Source: Candidatus Omnitrophota bacterium (GTDB lineage Bacteria; Omnitrophota; Gorgyraeia; Zapsychrales; Fredricksoniimonadaceae). From it: a stretch of DNA of 64,000 bases. A program made the position numbers and the translations under genes. The notes beneath the pieces were generated by a model, which was not told where the DNA came from, did no database searches, and was given only the letters and a program-made list of their open reading frames with translations. The stretch lies in contig JAGWOI010000004.1 of assembly GCA_028870995.1 (NCBI GenBank), positions 17,578 through 81,577 of the forward strand. Reading direction: 5' to 3'. Shown here piece after piece: positions 36,407 through 45,938 of the stretch. Within the stretch, counting starts at the first letter, position 1, and every line of letters begins with the position of its first letter.

Positions 36407-37476
36407 ATAATGATATCATCTATATGAACCGGGCTTGGGAATTGGCCCTGCAAGGTTGGGGCAGGACATCGCCCAATCCCATGGTGGGCGCGGTGATTGT
36501 CAAGTCGGGCAGGATCATTGCCGAAGGCTATCATCATTATTGTGGCGCAGACCATGCCGAAGTGGATGCCTTTAAAAAAGCCGGTACAGCGGCACGCGGG
36601 GCAGCGCTGTATGTGACCTTGGAGCCTTGCGGCCATTGGGGACGCACGCCGCCGTGTACTGAGGCCATTGTGAAGGCCGGCATCCGCAAGGTCGTGGTCG
36701 GCGCGCTTGATCCCAATAAACTTAATAACGGCCAATCCCTGAAGTTCCTGAGACGCAACGGGATCAAGGTGGAGCAGGGCCTGTTATCGGAAGAATTGAC
36801 GCGCCTCAACGAAGCGTTCAACTGCTGGATCACCAAGAAGCGGCCCATGGTCACGGTCAAGATCGCCCAAACTCTCGACGGCAAGATCGCCACCCTTAAC
36901 GGGCGCTCCCAATGGATCACCGCAGCCTTTGCGCGTAATTATGCGCATCGCCTGAGATTCGGTTTTGATGCCATCATGGTGGGCATCAATACCGTTCTTA
37001 AAGACGGCCCGCGGTTAAACACCGTGCCGGCCAAACCCATCAAGAAAATTATTTTGGATACCCATGGCCGTTTCCCCGCGCGCGCCAGGTTATGCGAAGG
37101 CACCCGCCCGCAGGACGTACTGGTCTTTACGGGAAAAGCCGCTATGAAGCGGGCCGACGTGCAGGTGATCGAGGCCCCCTTATATGAAGGGAAAATTGAT
37201 TTAAAATGGGTCCTGTCATTTTTGGGGAAAATGGACATTACCAGCGTGCTTATTGAGGGCGGCGGGTTAATGGCAGGTGAGGCGCTCAGGCGTAATCTGG
37301 CCGATAAAATGATGATTTATATGGCGCCCAAGATCATGGGGGAGGGGCTTGGCAGTGTGCGCGGCTTTGTCCCCAAGGCCTTGGGAGAAATAGCCTATCT
37401 AAAAGAGATGAGTATTGATAAAATAGGGGAAGATATTTTAATCCAGGGTTATCCGCATGTTTACAGGCATCGTTGA
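36403..37476 (+). CDS. ribD: Bifunctional deaminase/reductase RibD
   Basis: PNPMVGA, HAE, TLEPC..TPPC, VLIEGG. Confidence 0.96.
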   Translation: MNNDIIYMNRAWELALQGWGRTSPNPMVGAVIVKSGRIIAEGYHHYCGADHAEVDAFKKAGTAARGAALYVTLEPCGHWGRTPPCTEAIVKAGIRKVVVGALDPNKLNNGQSLKFLRRNGIKVEQGLLSEELTRLNEAFNCWITKKRPMVTVKIAQTLDGKIATLNGRSQWITAAFARNYAHRLRFGFDAIMVGINTVLKDGPRLNTVPAKPIKKIILDTHGRFPARARLCEGTRPQDVLVFTGKAAMKRADVQVIEAPLYEGKIDLKWVLSFLGKMDITSVLIEGGGLMAGEALRRNLADKMMIYMAPKIMGEGLGSVRGFVPKALGEIAYLKEMSIDKIGEDILIQGYPHVYRHR

Positions 37477-38044
37477 ACATCAAGGCATAGTCAAAAAGAT
37501 CGAGACCAAAAAGAACCTGCTGGTTTTTAGCATTGACCTGGGGCCGCTGGCCCCCAAGGTCCGTCTGGGCGACAGTGTGGCCATTGACGGGGTCTGCCTG
37601 ACCGCAAGGTCCAAAAAAGCCAAGACGGCTGCCTTTGACCTTATGAAGGAGACCATTGAGAAAACGGCGCTGCGGGATCTAAAGGCAGGGGACTCGGTGA
37701 ACCTGGAGCTGGCCTTGCGGGCCGACCAGCGCTTGGGCGGCCATTTTGTGACGGGCCATGTGGATGAGGTGGCTGTCATTAAGCGTATTGATGAGGAACT
37801 CAACTGGGTGGCCGTGACCCTTAGCGTCAGCCGGGCCAACCGTAAATATATCGTGCCCAAGGGGTCGGTGACGGTCAACGGCGTGAGTCTCACCGTGGGC
37901 TGGGTCGGTAAGGACCGCTTTCAAGTGTACCTGATCCCTTACACGCTGCAAGTCACCAATTTGGGCGAAAAAAAAGCAGGGGATTGCGTCAATATCGAGA
38001 CGGATATTTTAGCCAAGTATCTTTTTAACAAAAAGGGGGGTTAA
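37457..38044 (+). CDS. ribE: Riboflavin synthase (alpha chain)
   Basis: MFTGIV, GVCLT, GGHFVTGHVD, NIETD. Confidence 0.96.
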   Translation: MFTGIVEHQGIVKKIETKKNLLVFSIDLGPLAPKVRLGDSVAIDGVCLTARSKKAKTAAFDLMKETIEKTALRDLKAGDSVNLELALRADQRLGGHFVTGHVDEVAVIKRIDEELNWVAVTLSVSRANRKYIVPKGSVTVNGVSLTVGWVGKDRFQVYLIPYTLQVTNLGEKKAGDCVNIETDILAKYLFNKKGG

Positions 38045-38046
38045 CT

Positions 38047-38490
38047 ATGCGCTTGGAAATCGACGATATACAAAAGATCATCCCGCACCGTTTTCCTTTC
38101 CTGCTCATCGACCGCGTGTTGGAATGCAAGCCCAATGAAAAGCTGGTGGCGGTCAAGAATGTTTCCATCAACGAGCAGTTCTTCGTCGGGCATTTCCCCC
38201 ATGAGCAGGTGATGCCCGGTGTCTTGATCGTCGAAGCCATGGCCCAGGCCGGATGCATTTACGTGTACTACAGCAAAAACCTGCAGGGTAAACACCTGAC
38301 CTATTACCTGGCCAAGACCGAGGCGCGTTTCCTTCATCCGGTTGTTCCCGGGGACCAGCTCAAGATCGAAATCACCACCGTCAAACTGCTGCCCAAGGCG
38401 GGCTTTGTCAGGGCCAAGGCGTTTGTGGGCGAGAAACTCGCGGCCGAAGCCGACATAGGTTTTGGCATCAAGGACATCCGGGATAAGTAA
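38047..38490 (+). CDS. fabZ: 3-hydroxyacyl-ACP dehydratase
   Basis: PHRFPFLLID, GHFP..MPGVLIVEAMAQ. Confidence 0.94.
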   Translation: MRLEIDDIQKIIPHRFPFLLIDRVLECKPNEKLVAVKNVSINEQFFVGHFPHEQVMPGVLIVEAMAQAGCIYVYYSKNLQGKHLTYYLAKTEARFLHPVVPGDQLKIEITTVKLLPKAGFVRAKAFVGEKLAAEADIGFGIKDIRDK

Positions 38491-38505
38491 TCCGTAGGGC
38501 TGGCA

Positions 38506-39021
38506 TTGATCGTGATCCAAACCAACCGAAAATATACCTTTGCTTTCGGCGAACGCAAGCTGGTCATCAATAAGCTTTCCCATGAATCGGAATTCCAGCC
38601 CTTTGCCAAGGCGCTGGTTTTCGCGCTGTTTCATAAGCAATACCGTTCCCTGCGCCTGGAGCCCCAGCTGCCCGAAGAGCGCTTCCAGCCGGACCTGTGC
38701 GCCTTTGACTTCGACGGCAGCACCATGCTGTTCTGGTCGGAGGTGGGCAATGTCTCCCTGGCCAAAATCGAAAAGCTGTTCAAGAAATACCGCAAAGCCC
38801 ATTTCGTTTTTGTCAAAGAAGAGCAGGACGTACCGGCATTTGACAAGCATCTGCACAAACTGTCCAAGGACATGCTCAGTCTTCCTTTGATCGACATCGT
38901 GGTCTATCCGCCGCATTTTCAGGAATGGAACGTCAGCCCCGAAGGCGATGTTTTTATCCGTAAAGAAGATGTGCAGATCATCCGCTGGCACCAGCCCAAA
39001 GGGCACAAGGAACATTTTTAA
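38506..39021 (+). CDS. YaeQ-like PD-(D/E)xK fold protein
   Basis: ES...KAL.FAL, PDL, FWSEVG pattern. Confidence 0.6.
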   Translation: MIVIQTNRKYTFAFGERKLVINKLSHESEFQPFAKALVFALFHKQYRSLRLEPQLPEERFQPDLCAFDFDGSTMLFWSEVGNVSLAKIEKLFKKYRKAHFVFVKEEQDVPAFDKHLHKLSKDMLSLPLIDIVVYPPHFQEWNVSPEGDVFIRKEDVQIIRWHQPKGHKEHF

Positions 39022-39099
39022 ATAAAGGTCATAGTGATTTTATTTGGCCTGGCCTTCTTGACATGGGGTATACTTGAATCAAGGAAAGGAGGGCGGTCC

Positions 39100-39252
39100 A
39101 TGAAAAAAACCGTTATCATACTTTTCGTATTCATGGTTTTGGCAGTGCAAAGCGGCTTTGCCCTGGTAGTGGTAGGCGGCGGCAGTTCGGGCAGTCCCGG
39201 TAACTCCGGGAATCCGCATCATCACCATCATCACCACCACCCTAAAAAGTGA
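39100..39252 (+). CDS. 50-aa secreted Gly/Ser-linker, poly-His peptide
   Basis: SD AGGAGG, signal peptide (SGFA), His8, downstream terminator. Confidence 0.7.
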   Translation: MKKTVIILFVFMVLAVQSGFALVVVGGGSSGSPGNSGNPHHHHHHHHPKK

Positions 39253-39265
39253 GAGATGTGCAGGG

Positions 39266-39297
39266 AAAAAGGGAATCCGAAAGGGTTCCCTTTTTTT
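39266..39297 (+). terminator. Rho-independent terminator
   Basis: GGGAATCC-GAAA-GGGTTCCC followed by T7. Confidence 0.85.
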
Positions 39298-39315
39298 ATT
39301 GCGCTTTCACGGCTG

Positions 39316-39344
39316 TTGACGCCGGCTCGCGGGACTGATAGAAT
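39316..39344 (+). promoter_or_regulatory. tRNA promoter
   Basis: TTGACG, 17 nt, TAGAAT with extended TG. Confidence 0.7.
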
Positions 39345-39372
39345 AGCGCCCTTAAAAGTATTGTTGTGATTT

Positions 39373-39449
39373 CGGGAAGTAGCGCAGTTGGCTAGCGCGC
39401 AACGTTCGGGACGTTGAGGTCGCGGGTTCAAGTCCCGCCTTCCCGACCA
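39373..39449 (+). tRNA. tRNA-Pro (anticodon CGG)
   Basis: CGGGAAG/CTTCCCG acceptor stem, CAACG-TTCGGGA-CGTTG anticodon arm, GGTTCAAGTCC T-arm, encoded CCA. Confidence 0.96.
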
Positions 39450-39477
39450 TCTATAGCAGCATCTTTACGTCCAGTTT

Positions 39478-39747
39478 ATGGTTCGAGCCCATATTCACTT
39501 CTTCGGCACCGTCCAAGGTGTCGGCTTCCGCTACACCACGTTAAATCTTGCCAAGCCTTTGCATCTCACCGGTTGGGTGCGCAATCTCTCCGATGGCAGT
39601 GTGGAGGCCGTGGCCGAAGGTTCCCGGGAAAAGATTGAAGAGCTCGTTGCCCTATTAAAACAGGAATTTGGCCAGTTTATCCGGGATATCAAGATCGAAT
39701 GGCCGCCGGCCAGGGGTGAATTTGCCGAGTTCAAGATCGTTCATTAG
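39478..39747 (+). CDS. acyP: Acylphosphatase
   Basis: [21 protein letters not shown]. Confidence 0.95.
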   Translation: MVRAHIHFFGTVQGVGFRYTTLNLAKPLHLTGWVRNLSDGSVEAVAEGSREKIEELVALLKQEFGQFIRDIKIEWPPARGEFAEFKIVH

Positions 39748-39750
39748 ATT

Positions 39751-41748
39751 ATGAATCAAACGGAAGCTAGAAAAGAGATCCGGTATCTGACCAAGGCTAT
39801 CGAGGAGCACAACCGCCGTTATTATGTGCTCCATGATCCTGCCATTTCCGATGAGGAATATGACCGCCTGCTTCAAAGGCTCGTGCAGCTGGAAGAGGAG
39901 TTCCCTCAGTTGAGGTCGCCGGATTCGCCGACTCACCGGGTCGGCGCCAAGGTGGAGGGGAATCTGCCCACGGTCAGGCATTCCCAGGGCATGCTTTCCT
40001 TGGATAATACCTATTCCTTGGATGAGCTTAAAGCCTGGTATCAGCGCGTGGTCAAGGGATTGGGCGGGCAGGAGCCGGTCATGACCGCCGAGGTCAAAAT
40101 TGACGGCCTAAGCTGTGCCTTGACCTATAAAGAAGGCCGCCTGGACCTGGCCGCCACCCGCGGGGACGGTACGACCGGTGAGGACGTCACGCATAATGCC
40201 AGGACCATCCACGACATTCCTTTGGCATTGAAATCATCCGCCCCTGAACTTTTGGAAATCAGGGGAGAAGTTTACATGGATAAAAAAGATTTTGCCAGGA
40301 TTAACCAGCAGCGCAAGGACAAAGGCGAGATTTTGTTCGCCAACCCCCGCAACGCCGCGGCCGGCTCGTTGAAATTGCTGGATGCCCGGCTGACCGCCCA
40401 GCGGCACTTGAAATTCTTTGTGCATTCGCCGGGCCGTCTTGAAAAGGAAAACCCTCCGTCCAGCCAATGGGGGTTTTTGAAGCGTTCTGAAGAATACGGT
40501 TTTGTCATCAATCCGCACATCCATCTTTGCCATAAGCTGGATGAGGTCATTCAATTTTGTCATGAGATGGAAAACACGCGTAATGAGATCGGCTTTGAAG
40601 TTGACGGGGTGGTGGTGAAGGTCGATGATTTCAAACAGCAGGCAATACTTGGGCGTACCCTTAAAAGCCCGCGCTGGGCCGTGGCCTTCAAATTTCAGGC
40701 CCACCAGGCCACCACAACGGTTAAAGATATTGTCGTTCAGGTCGGCCGCACCGGCGTTTTGACGCCCGTGGCGGAATTAGAGCCGGTGGCCTGCGCCGGT
40801 GTGGTCATCCAACGTGCCACCCTGCATAATTTCGATGAGATCAGACGTTTAGGCGTCAACGCCGGAGACCGGATCCTGCTGGAACGCGCCGGGGACGTGA
40901 TCCCTAAAGTCGTCAAGGTCACCCAAAAGCATGCCCAAGGCGATTTCGTGCCGCCTAAAACCTGCCCCTCATGCGGCGCCCGGATCCAGAAGGTCAAGGA
41001 AGCGGACGTGGCTTACCGCTGCTTGAATCCGTCCTGTCCCAAGCAACTGGAACGCCTTCTTATCCATTTCGCCTCGCGTCGGGCCATGGATATCGAAGGC
41101 CTGGGTGAATCCCTGGTGGATCAGCTGCTTAAGAAGGGAATGATCAAAGACCTGGCCGATATTTATTCGCTAAAGAAGGAGCGGCTGCTTGACTTGGAAT
41201 TATTTGCCGAAAAGAAGGCCGAGAATGTGCTCAAGGCCATCGATGAAAGCAAAACCCGGCCTTTATCCAAATTCCTTTATGCGTTAGGCATACCCAACGT
41301 CGGTGTCAAGGCTGCCGCAAATTTAGCTGGGCATTTCGGTTCCTTGGATGCTATTATAAAGAGTTCAATCTCACAATTGCAGGCCATCGCGGAAGTGGGG
41401 CCGGTGATGGCGGAATCAGTGGTTGAGTATTTCAAGCAGCCGCAGGTCAAAAACCTTTTGACCAAATTCCAGGCAGCGGGCCTGCATTTGACCGGAGCCA
41501 AGCGTCAGCCTTCAGGCCATCGCCTGGATGGCAAGAAATTCGTCTTTACCGGCGAGCTGGACGGGATGACCCGTGAGGCAGCCGGCGGGTTAGTGGAAGA
41601 ACAGGGCGGCAAGGTGGTCGACAGTATCAGCAAAAGTTTGGATTACCTGGTGGTTGGCCGGGCGCCGGGATCAAAGCTGGCCACGGCAAGGCAGTTGGGC
41701 ATACCCATATTAAATCAAAAGGAATTTAAGGAGATGCTGCATGGTTAA
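39751..41748 (+). CDS. ligA: NAD-dependent DNA ligase
   Basis: KIDG, TRGDG, NPRNAAAGSL, Zn finger, BRCT. Confidence 0.97.
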   Translation: MNQTEARKEIRYLTKAIEEHNRRYYVLHDPAISDEEYDRLLQRLVQLEEEFPQLRSPDSPTHRVGAKVEGNLPTVRHSQGMLSLDNTYSLDELKAWYQRVVKGLGGQEPVMTAEVKIDGLSCALTYKEGRLDLAATRGDGTTGEDVTHNARTIHDIPLALKSSAPELLEIRGEVYMDKKDFARINQQRKDKGEILFANPRNAAAGSLKLLDARLTAQRHLKFFVHSPGRLEKENPPSSQWGFLKRSEEYGFVINPHIHLCHKLDEVIQFCHEMENTRNEIGFEVDGVVVKVDDFKQQAILGRTLKSPRWAVAFKFQAHQATTTVKDIVVQVGRTGVLTPVAELEPVACAGVVIQRATLHNFDEIRRLGVNAGDRILLERAGDVIPKVVKVTQKHAQGDFVPPKTCPSCGARIQKVKEADVAYRCLNPSCPKQLERLLIHFASRRAMDIEGLGESLVDQLLKKGMIKDLADIYSLKKERLLDLELFAEKKAENVLKAIDESKTRPLSKFLYALGIPNVGVKAAANLAGHFGSLDAIIKSSISQLQAIAEVGPVMAESVVEYFKQPQVKNLLTKFQAAGLHLTGAKRQPSGHRLDGKKFVFTGELDGMTREAAGGLVEEQGGKVVDSISKSLDYLVVGRAPGSKLATARQLGIPILNQKEFKEMLHG

Positions 41749-42298
41749 TTTTAATCCGGGCAAAAAATTGGTGGTTCTGGCGGCCGGTCTTCTGGTCATG
41801 GCCCTTTCTTTGAGCTCTTGCGATACGCTTAAAGAGAAATTCATTCGCAAGCCCAAGCATGAGGTGCAGAGTTTCACGCCGGTGCTTGAACCGGAAGAAT
41901 ATCCTTCACCCGAATTGGACCCGAAACATAATTACCAGCAGCATTACGACCTCATCAAGGCCTGGTACAGGGACCTGTGGTCTGCCATCGATGAAAAGGA
42001 CACTTCGAAGTATGTGCACTATATTATCAGGGAGGTCGACCATCACATCGATCAGATGAAGGCGCTGGTGGACGAGCCGACCCGGCTCAAATTGATCAAA
42101 TTGTCCTCGTATTTGGATTATTACCAAAGTTCTTTGGAGTACTCCTGGCAGGTGCGTAATGTTTCGCGGATCCAAAGCGATTTGCGCGGTTTTGACCGTT
42201 ATTTGCGGGACAACCTGCGCATAGACAGGATCCAAGGCCATTTTATTAAAATAATGCCTGCTGCGATGCCCGCAAAGCCGGCCATCAGGACAGAATGA
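41741..42298 (+). CDS. Hypothetical lipoprotein
   Basis: Lipobox LSSC after a hydrophobic stretch. Confidence 0.7.
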   Translation: MVNFNPGKKLVVLAAGLLVMALSLSSCDTLKEKFIRKPKHEVQSFTPVLEPEEYPSPELDPKHNYQQHYDLIKAWYRDLWSAIDEKDTSKYVHYIIREVDHHIDQMKALVDEPTRLKLIKLSSYLDYYQSSLEYSWQVRNVSRIQSDLRGFDRYLRDNLRIDRIQGHFIKIMPAAMPAKPAIRTE

Positions 42299-43182
42299 AG
42301 GAATTTATCGATGATTTCCTGGACTACATTACCGTCGAGCGCGGGCTGTCCAAGAACACCGGCCTGGCCTACCGCCGGGATTTAACCAAATACATCGGGT
42401 ATCTGTCGCAAAAGGGGATCGGCAGCGCCGACGCAGTCAGGCGGGAGCATGTTTCCGATTTCATGTTCGATCTCAAGAAGCACGGCATGTCCCCGTCCAG
42501 CATCTGCCGGCATCTGGCGGCGGTCAAAATGTTCCATCGTTTCCTGTTGCGGGAAAACCTTTCCAAGGAAGACCCCACGACACTGGTGGACACTCCGAAA
42601 CTTTGGAAGAGGATACCCGCGGTATTGACCCAGGCCGAGATCGAGTCCATGATCGCGGCAGCGGCCGGCCGCAAGACCCAGCAGGTCAGGGATGCGGCCA
42701 TCCTGGAAATTTTCTATGCCAGCGGTTTGCGCGTCTCGGAATTAGCGGATTTGAAAACGACCAGCATCAATTTCGAGGTCGGCTTTGTGCGGGCAGTGGG
42801 CAAGGGCAGCAAGGAGCGGATCATCCCTTTGGGGCAGAAGGCGGCCCAAGCCGTGCAAAAATATTTGGAGAAAGCCAGGCCGCAGCTTTTAAAGAACCAG
42901 GCGAATGATTATCTGTTCTTGAGCAAGCTGGGCAAAAGGATCAGCCGGGTCAGCTTATGGTCATTGATCCAGTCATATGCCCGTAAGGCCAATATCAAAA
43001 AACCGATCAAGCCGCATACCTTGCGGCACACTTTCGCGACCCATTTGCTGGAACATGGCGCGGATCTGCGCTCGGTTCAGGAAATGCTGGGGCATGCGGA
43101 CATTTCCACGACCCAGATTTACACGCACGTGGACAAGGAACGCTTGAGAAGCGTGCATAAACAATTTCACCCGCGGGGTTAA
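42295..43182 (+). CDS. xerD: Tyrosine recombinase XerD
   Basis: ERGLSKNT, YASGLRVSEL, GKGSKER, HTLRH, LGHADISTTQIYTHV, HPRG. Confidence 0.93.
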   Translation: MKEFIDDFLDYITVERGLSKNTGLAYRRDLTKYIGYLSQKGIGSADAVRREHVSDFMFDLKKHGMSPSSICRHLAAVKMFHRFLLRENLSKEDPTTLVDTPKLWKRIPAVLTQAEIESMIAAAAGRKTQQVRDAAILEIFYASGLRVSELADLKTTSINFEVGFVRAVGKGSKERIIPLGQKAAQAVQKYLEKARPQLLKNQANDYLFLSKLGKRISRVSLWSLIQSYARKANIKKPIKPHTLRHTFATHLLEHGADLRSVQEMLGHADISTTQIYTHVDKERLRSVHKQFHPRG

Positions 43183-43185
43183 ATC

Positions 43186-43911
43186 TTGAACGATCTGCTG
43201 GCCCGTTTAAATAAAGATTCCTTGAGCCTGGTGCGTTCCATCGGTGAATTGGCCGAAGTCCTGGGCATGAGGGCTTATCTGGTCGGCGGCCCGGTCAGGG
43301 ACCTGGTCTTGAAATGCGCTAATGTCGACCTGGATATTGCCGTGGAGGGCGCGGCCCCGCGTCTGGCGGATGGGTTCGCCCGACAGCAGTCCGGTGCTGC
43401 CGTGACCCATTACCCGGCCTTCAAGACCGCCACCGTGCGTTTGGCGGACGGCCGGCTGGTGGATTTTGCCACGGCCCGCAAGGAAACCTATGCACGCGGC
43501 GGCGCTTTCCCGGCGGTGGTGCCATCGGATATCAAGCATGACCTTTTCCGCCGGGATTTTACGGTCAATGCCATGGCGGTGGCCGTCAACCCCAAGGCCT
43601 GGGGCAAGGTGGTCGATCCTTTCGGCGGCATGAAAGACCTCAAGGCCCAAAGGATCCGGGTGCTGCATGATAAAAGTTTTTGGGATGATCCAACCCGTAT
43701 TTTGCGGGCGGCCAGGTTCAAGGCCAGGTTCGGCTTTAAAATGGAAGCCAAAACATTAAGGCTTTTGAAGCAGGCCGTTGGGATGAAAGTACTTGATACA
43801 ATCAGGCCGCAGAGGTATCTTAAAGACTTTAATAAAATCCTCCAGGAGCCCCAATCCCTGGAAGCTGTCAGGTGCTTGAAGGTGTGGGGCGCTTATAAAG
43901 AAGGAAGGTAG
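43186..43911 (+). CDS. Class II tRNA nucleotidyltransferase/poly(A) polymerase family protein (short)
   Basis: VGGPVRD..DLDI, DFATARKE, RRDFTVNAMA, DDPTRILRA. Confidence 0.88.
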   Translation: MNDLLARLNKDSLSLVRSIGELAEVLGMRAYLVGGPVRDLVLKCANVDLDIAVEGAAPRLADGFARQQSGAAVTHYPAFKTATVRLADGRLVDFATARKETYARGGAFPAVVPSDIKHDLFRRDFTVNAMAVAVNPKAWGKVVDPFGGMKDLKAQRIRVLHDKSFWDDPTRILRAARFKARFGFKMEAKTLRLLKQAVGMKVLDTIRPQRYLKDFNKILQEPQSLEAVRCLKVWGAYKEGR

Positions 43912-43921
43912 GTAGTGCCGT

Positions 43922-44284
43922 ATGCGTATCGAAAAAGTCAACTCAACCATTAAACGTGAACTGGGCATGATCCTCCAGTACGGAGAGCTCAGCGACCCCA
44001 GGATTTCTTTTGTCACCATCATGAGCGTGGATACCAGCAAGGACCTCCAGCATGCTCGGGTCAAATTCAGCGTGCTGTCGGATGATCCCAGGGACATCGA
44101 GGCCGCCACCCAGGCCTTCGTCGACTGCCGCGGGCTTATCCGCAAGCTCATCGGCCAGCGCATATCCCTGCGCTATACGCCGCAGTTCCAGTTTGTTTAT
44201 GATAAAAGCATCAAATACGCCGCCGATATCGATAAGGCCCTGGAAGATATTAAGAAGTTGAAATCAGCGCCGGAGGGGGCATGA
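43922..44284 (+). CDS. rbfA: Ribosome-binding factor A
   Basis: DPR, DLQHARV, LRYTP..F.YD. Confidence 0.94.
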   Translation: MRIEKVNSTIKRELGMILQYGELSDPRISFVTIMSVDTSKDLQHARVKFSVLSDDPRDIEAATQAFVDCRGLIRKLIGQRISLRYTPQFQFVYDKSIKYAADIDKALEDIKKLKSAPEGA

Positions 44285-45255
44285 CTTATAAAAATATCCT
44301 AGAGACGATCCGCCGCCACAGGCGGTTTTTGGTGGTATCCCATCATAACCCCGATGCGGATGCCCTTGCTTCGACGCTGGTCATGGCCCTTTATCTTAAA
44401 GGCCTGGGCAAAACGGTGTACGCCCTAAATGAGGACGCCTGCCCCCAGTGGCTGGAATTTTTACCGGCCACAAGCATGCTCAAGAAGGCGGGCGATGTTA
44501 AAAAGTTCGATTATGATGCGGCCGTCGTGCTCGATTGCGGCGATCTCAAGCGCATCGGTGGGGTTAATGCCTTTCTTTGCAAGGGCAAGCCTCTTATCAA
44601 CATCGACCACCATGTGACCAATGAGCGGTTCGGCACTCTCAATGTGGTCAAACCGGATGCGTCTTCCACCTGTGAACTGGTCTTCGATCTTCTTAAGGAA
44701 GCAGGATGTCCGCTTAATAAAAAGACGGCGATCCTGCTTTATGCCGGCATCATGACGGACACCGGCTCCTTCCGTTTCGACAACACCACGGCGTATAGCC
44801 ATGAGGTGGTGCGCGAACTGATGGCTTTTAAATTTTCTCCGCCCGATATGTACGGGCACCTTTATGTGGGCATTCCCGTGGCGGACATGAAGAGGTTTAC
44901 GGACCTCATTCATAAGGCCAGGCTCACAGACAACAACAGGGTCTTTTGCATATCGTTGTCTCAGGTGGTGGTCAAGAGCTTTTCTCCCAGTTTTGATCTG
45001 AAAGAGAAACTTTTTGCCTTCTTGCGTTCTATCGAAGGCATTGAAGTGGTGGTGATCCTCACTGAATTAAACCCCAAGGAGATCAGGGTGAATTTGCGCA
45101 GCCAGAATCATTTCGACGTGGCACGATTGGCCAAAACCTTTGACGGGGGAGGCCATCGCAAAGCCGCAGGCTGCAAGATTTACGGGACGCTCGCCCAAGC
45201 GCAAAAGATCATTGGCCAGGCCATCCATCAACGTTTACGGACGGAGGGCGCATGA
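44281..45255 (+). CDS. nrnA: DHH family oligoribonuclease/PAP phosphatase NrnA
   Basis: HNPDADA, IDHH, TDTGSF, GGGHRKAAG. Confidence 0.93.
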   Translation: MTYKNILETIRRHRRFLVVSHHNPDADALASTLVMALYLKGLGKTVYALNEDACPQWLEFLPATSMLKKAGDVKKFDYDAAVVLDCGDLKRIGGVNAFLCKGKPLINIDHHVTNERFGTLNVVKPDASSTCELVFDLLKEAGCPLNKKTAILLYAGIMTDTGSFRFDNTTAYSHEVVRELMAFKFSPPDMYGHLYVGIPVADMKRFTDLIHKARLTDNNRVFCISLSQVVVKSFSPSFDLKEKLFAFLRSIEGIEVVVILTELNPKEIRVNLRSQNHFDVARLAKTFDGGGHRKAAGCKIYGTLAQAQKIIGQAIHQRLRTEGA

Positions 45256-45938
45256 AAGCGGCGGTACAACCATCCCTGCAAGGCATTGTATTGGTCAATA
45301 AGCCCGCCGGCCTGACGTCCCACGATGTGGTCGGTTTTGTACGCCGCACCTTCAAAATGCGGCGGGTGGGTCATGCCGGAACGCTTGATCCCATGGCCAC
45401 CGGTGTTTTGGTCATTTTACTTGGGAACTCCACCAAGCTATTCGACAAATTCTCCAGTTTTGACAAGACCTACCGGGCCACCTTGCGCCTCGGGTTGAAG
45501 ACAACCACGGCGGATATCACCGGCGATACCCTGCTGGAAAGGCCTTGTGAGGCCATCACCGAGGAGCAGGTGCGGCGCACCTTCGTGCAATTTACAGGAG
45601 ACATCGATCAGATGCCGCCGATGGTCTCCGCGGTCAAGCACCAAGGGGAGCGTTTGTACAAGATCGCCCGCCAGGGCAAGCAGGTCGAGCGGCAGGCCCG
45701 CCGGGTGCGCATCGACGAATTGAAGGTGCTGAAGTTCAGCCTGCCTGAGGTGGAATTTTTGATGAGCTGCTCCAAAGGCACCTACGTGCGGCAGTTGGCC
45801 GAGGATGTCGGCGAGGTCTTAGGATGCGGAGCCTGCATTTCACAAATCGAGCGGACCAAGGTGGGGCCCTTTGACATCAAGGACGCGGTGACGCTGGAAC
45901 ATTTGAATGAAGATCATATCCTTAAGTGGTCATTCTAA
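45252..45938 (+). CDS. truB: tRNA pseudouridine(55) synthase
   Basis: GHAGTLDPMATG, QMPP.VSAVK, SKGTYVR. Confidence 0.96.
   Translation: MKAAVQPSLQGIVLVNKPAGLTSHDVVGFVRRTFKMRRVGHAGTLDPMATGVLVILLGNSTKLFDKFSSFDKTYRATLRLGLKTTTADITGDTLLERPCEAITEEQVRRTFVQFTGDIDQMPPMVSAVKHQGERLYKIARQGKQVERQARRVRIDELKVLKFSLPEVEFLMSCSKGTYVRQLAEDVGEVLGCGACISQIERTKVGPFDIKDAVTLEHLNEDHILKWSF

Noticed and set aside
39100-39252. GS-linker/His-tag as cloning-vector contamination
   Set aside because: Native-looking SD, signal peptide and terminator; no vector sequence around it
39373-43182. Tyrosine recombinase near a tRNA as a prophage/island integrase
   Set aside because: Sequence is typical housekeeping XerD within a core operon; no att duplication or phage genes seen
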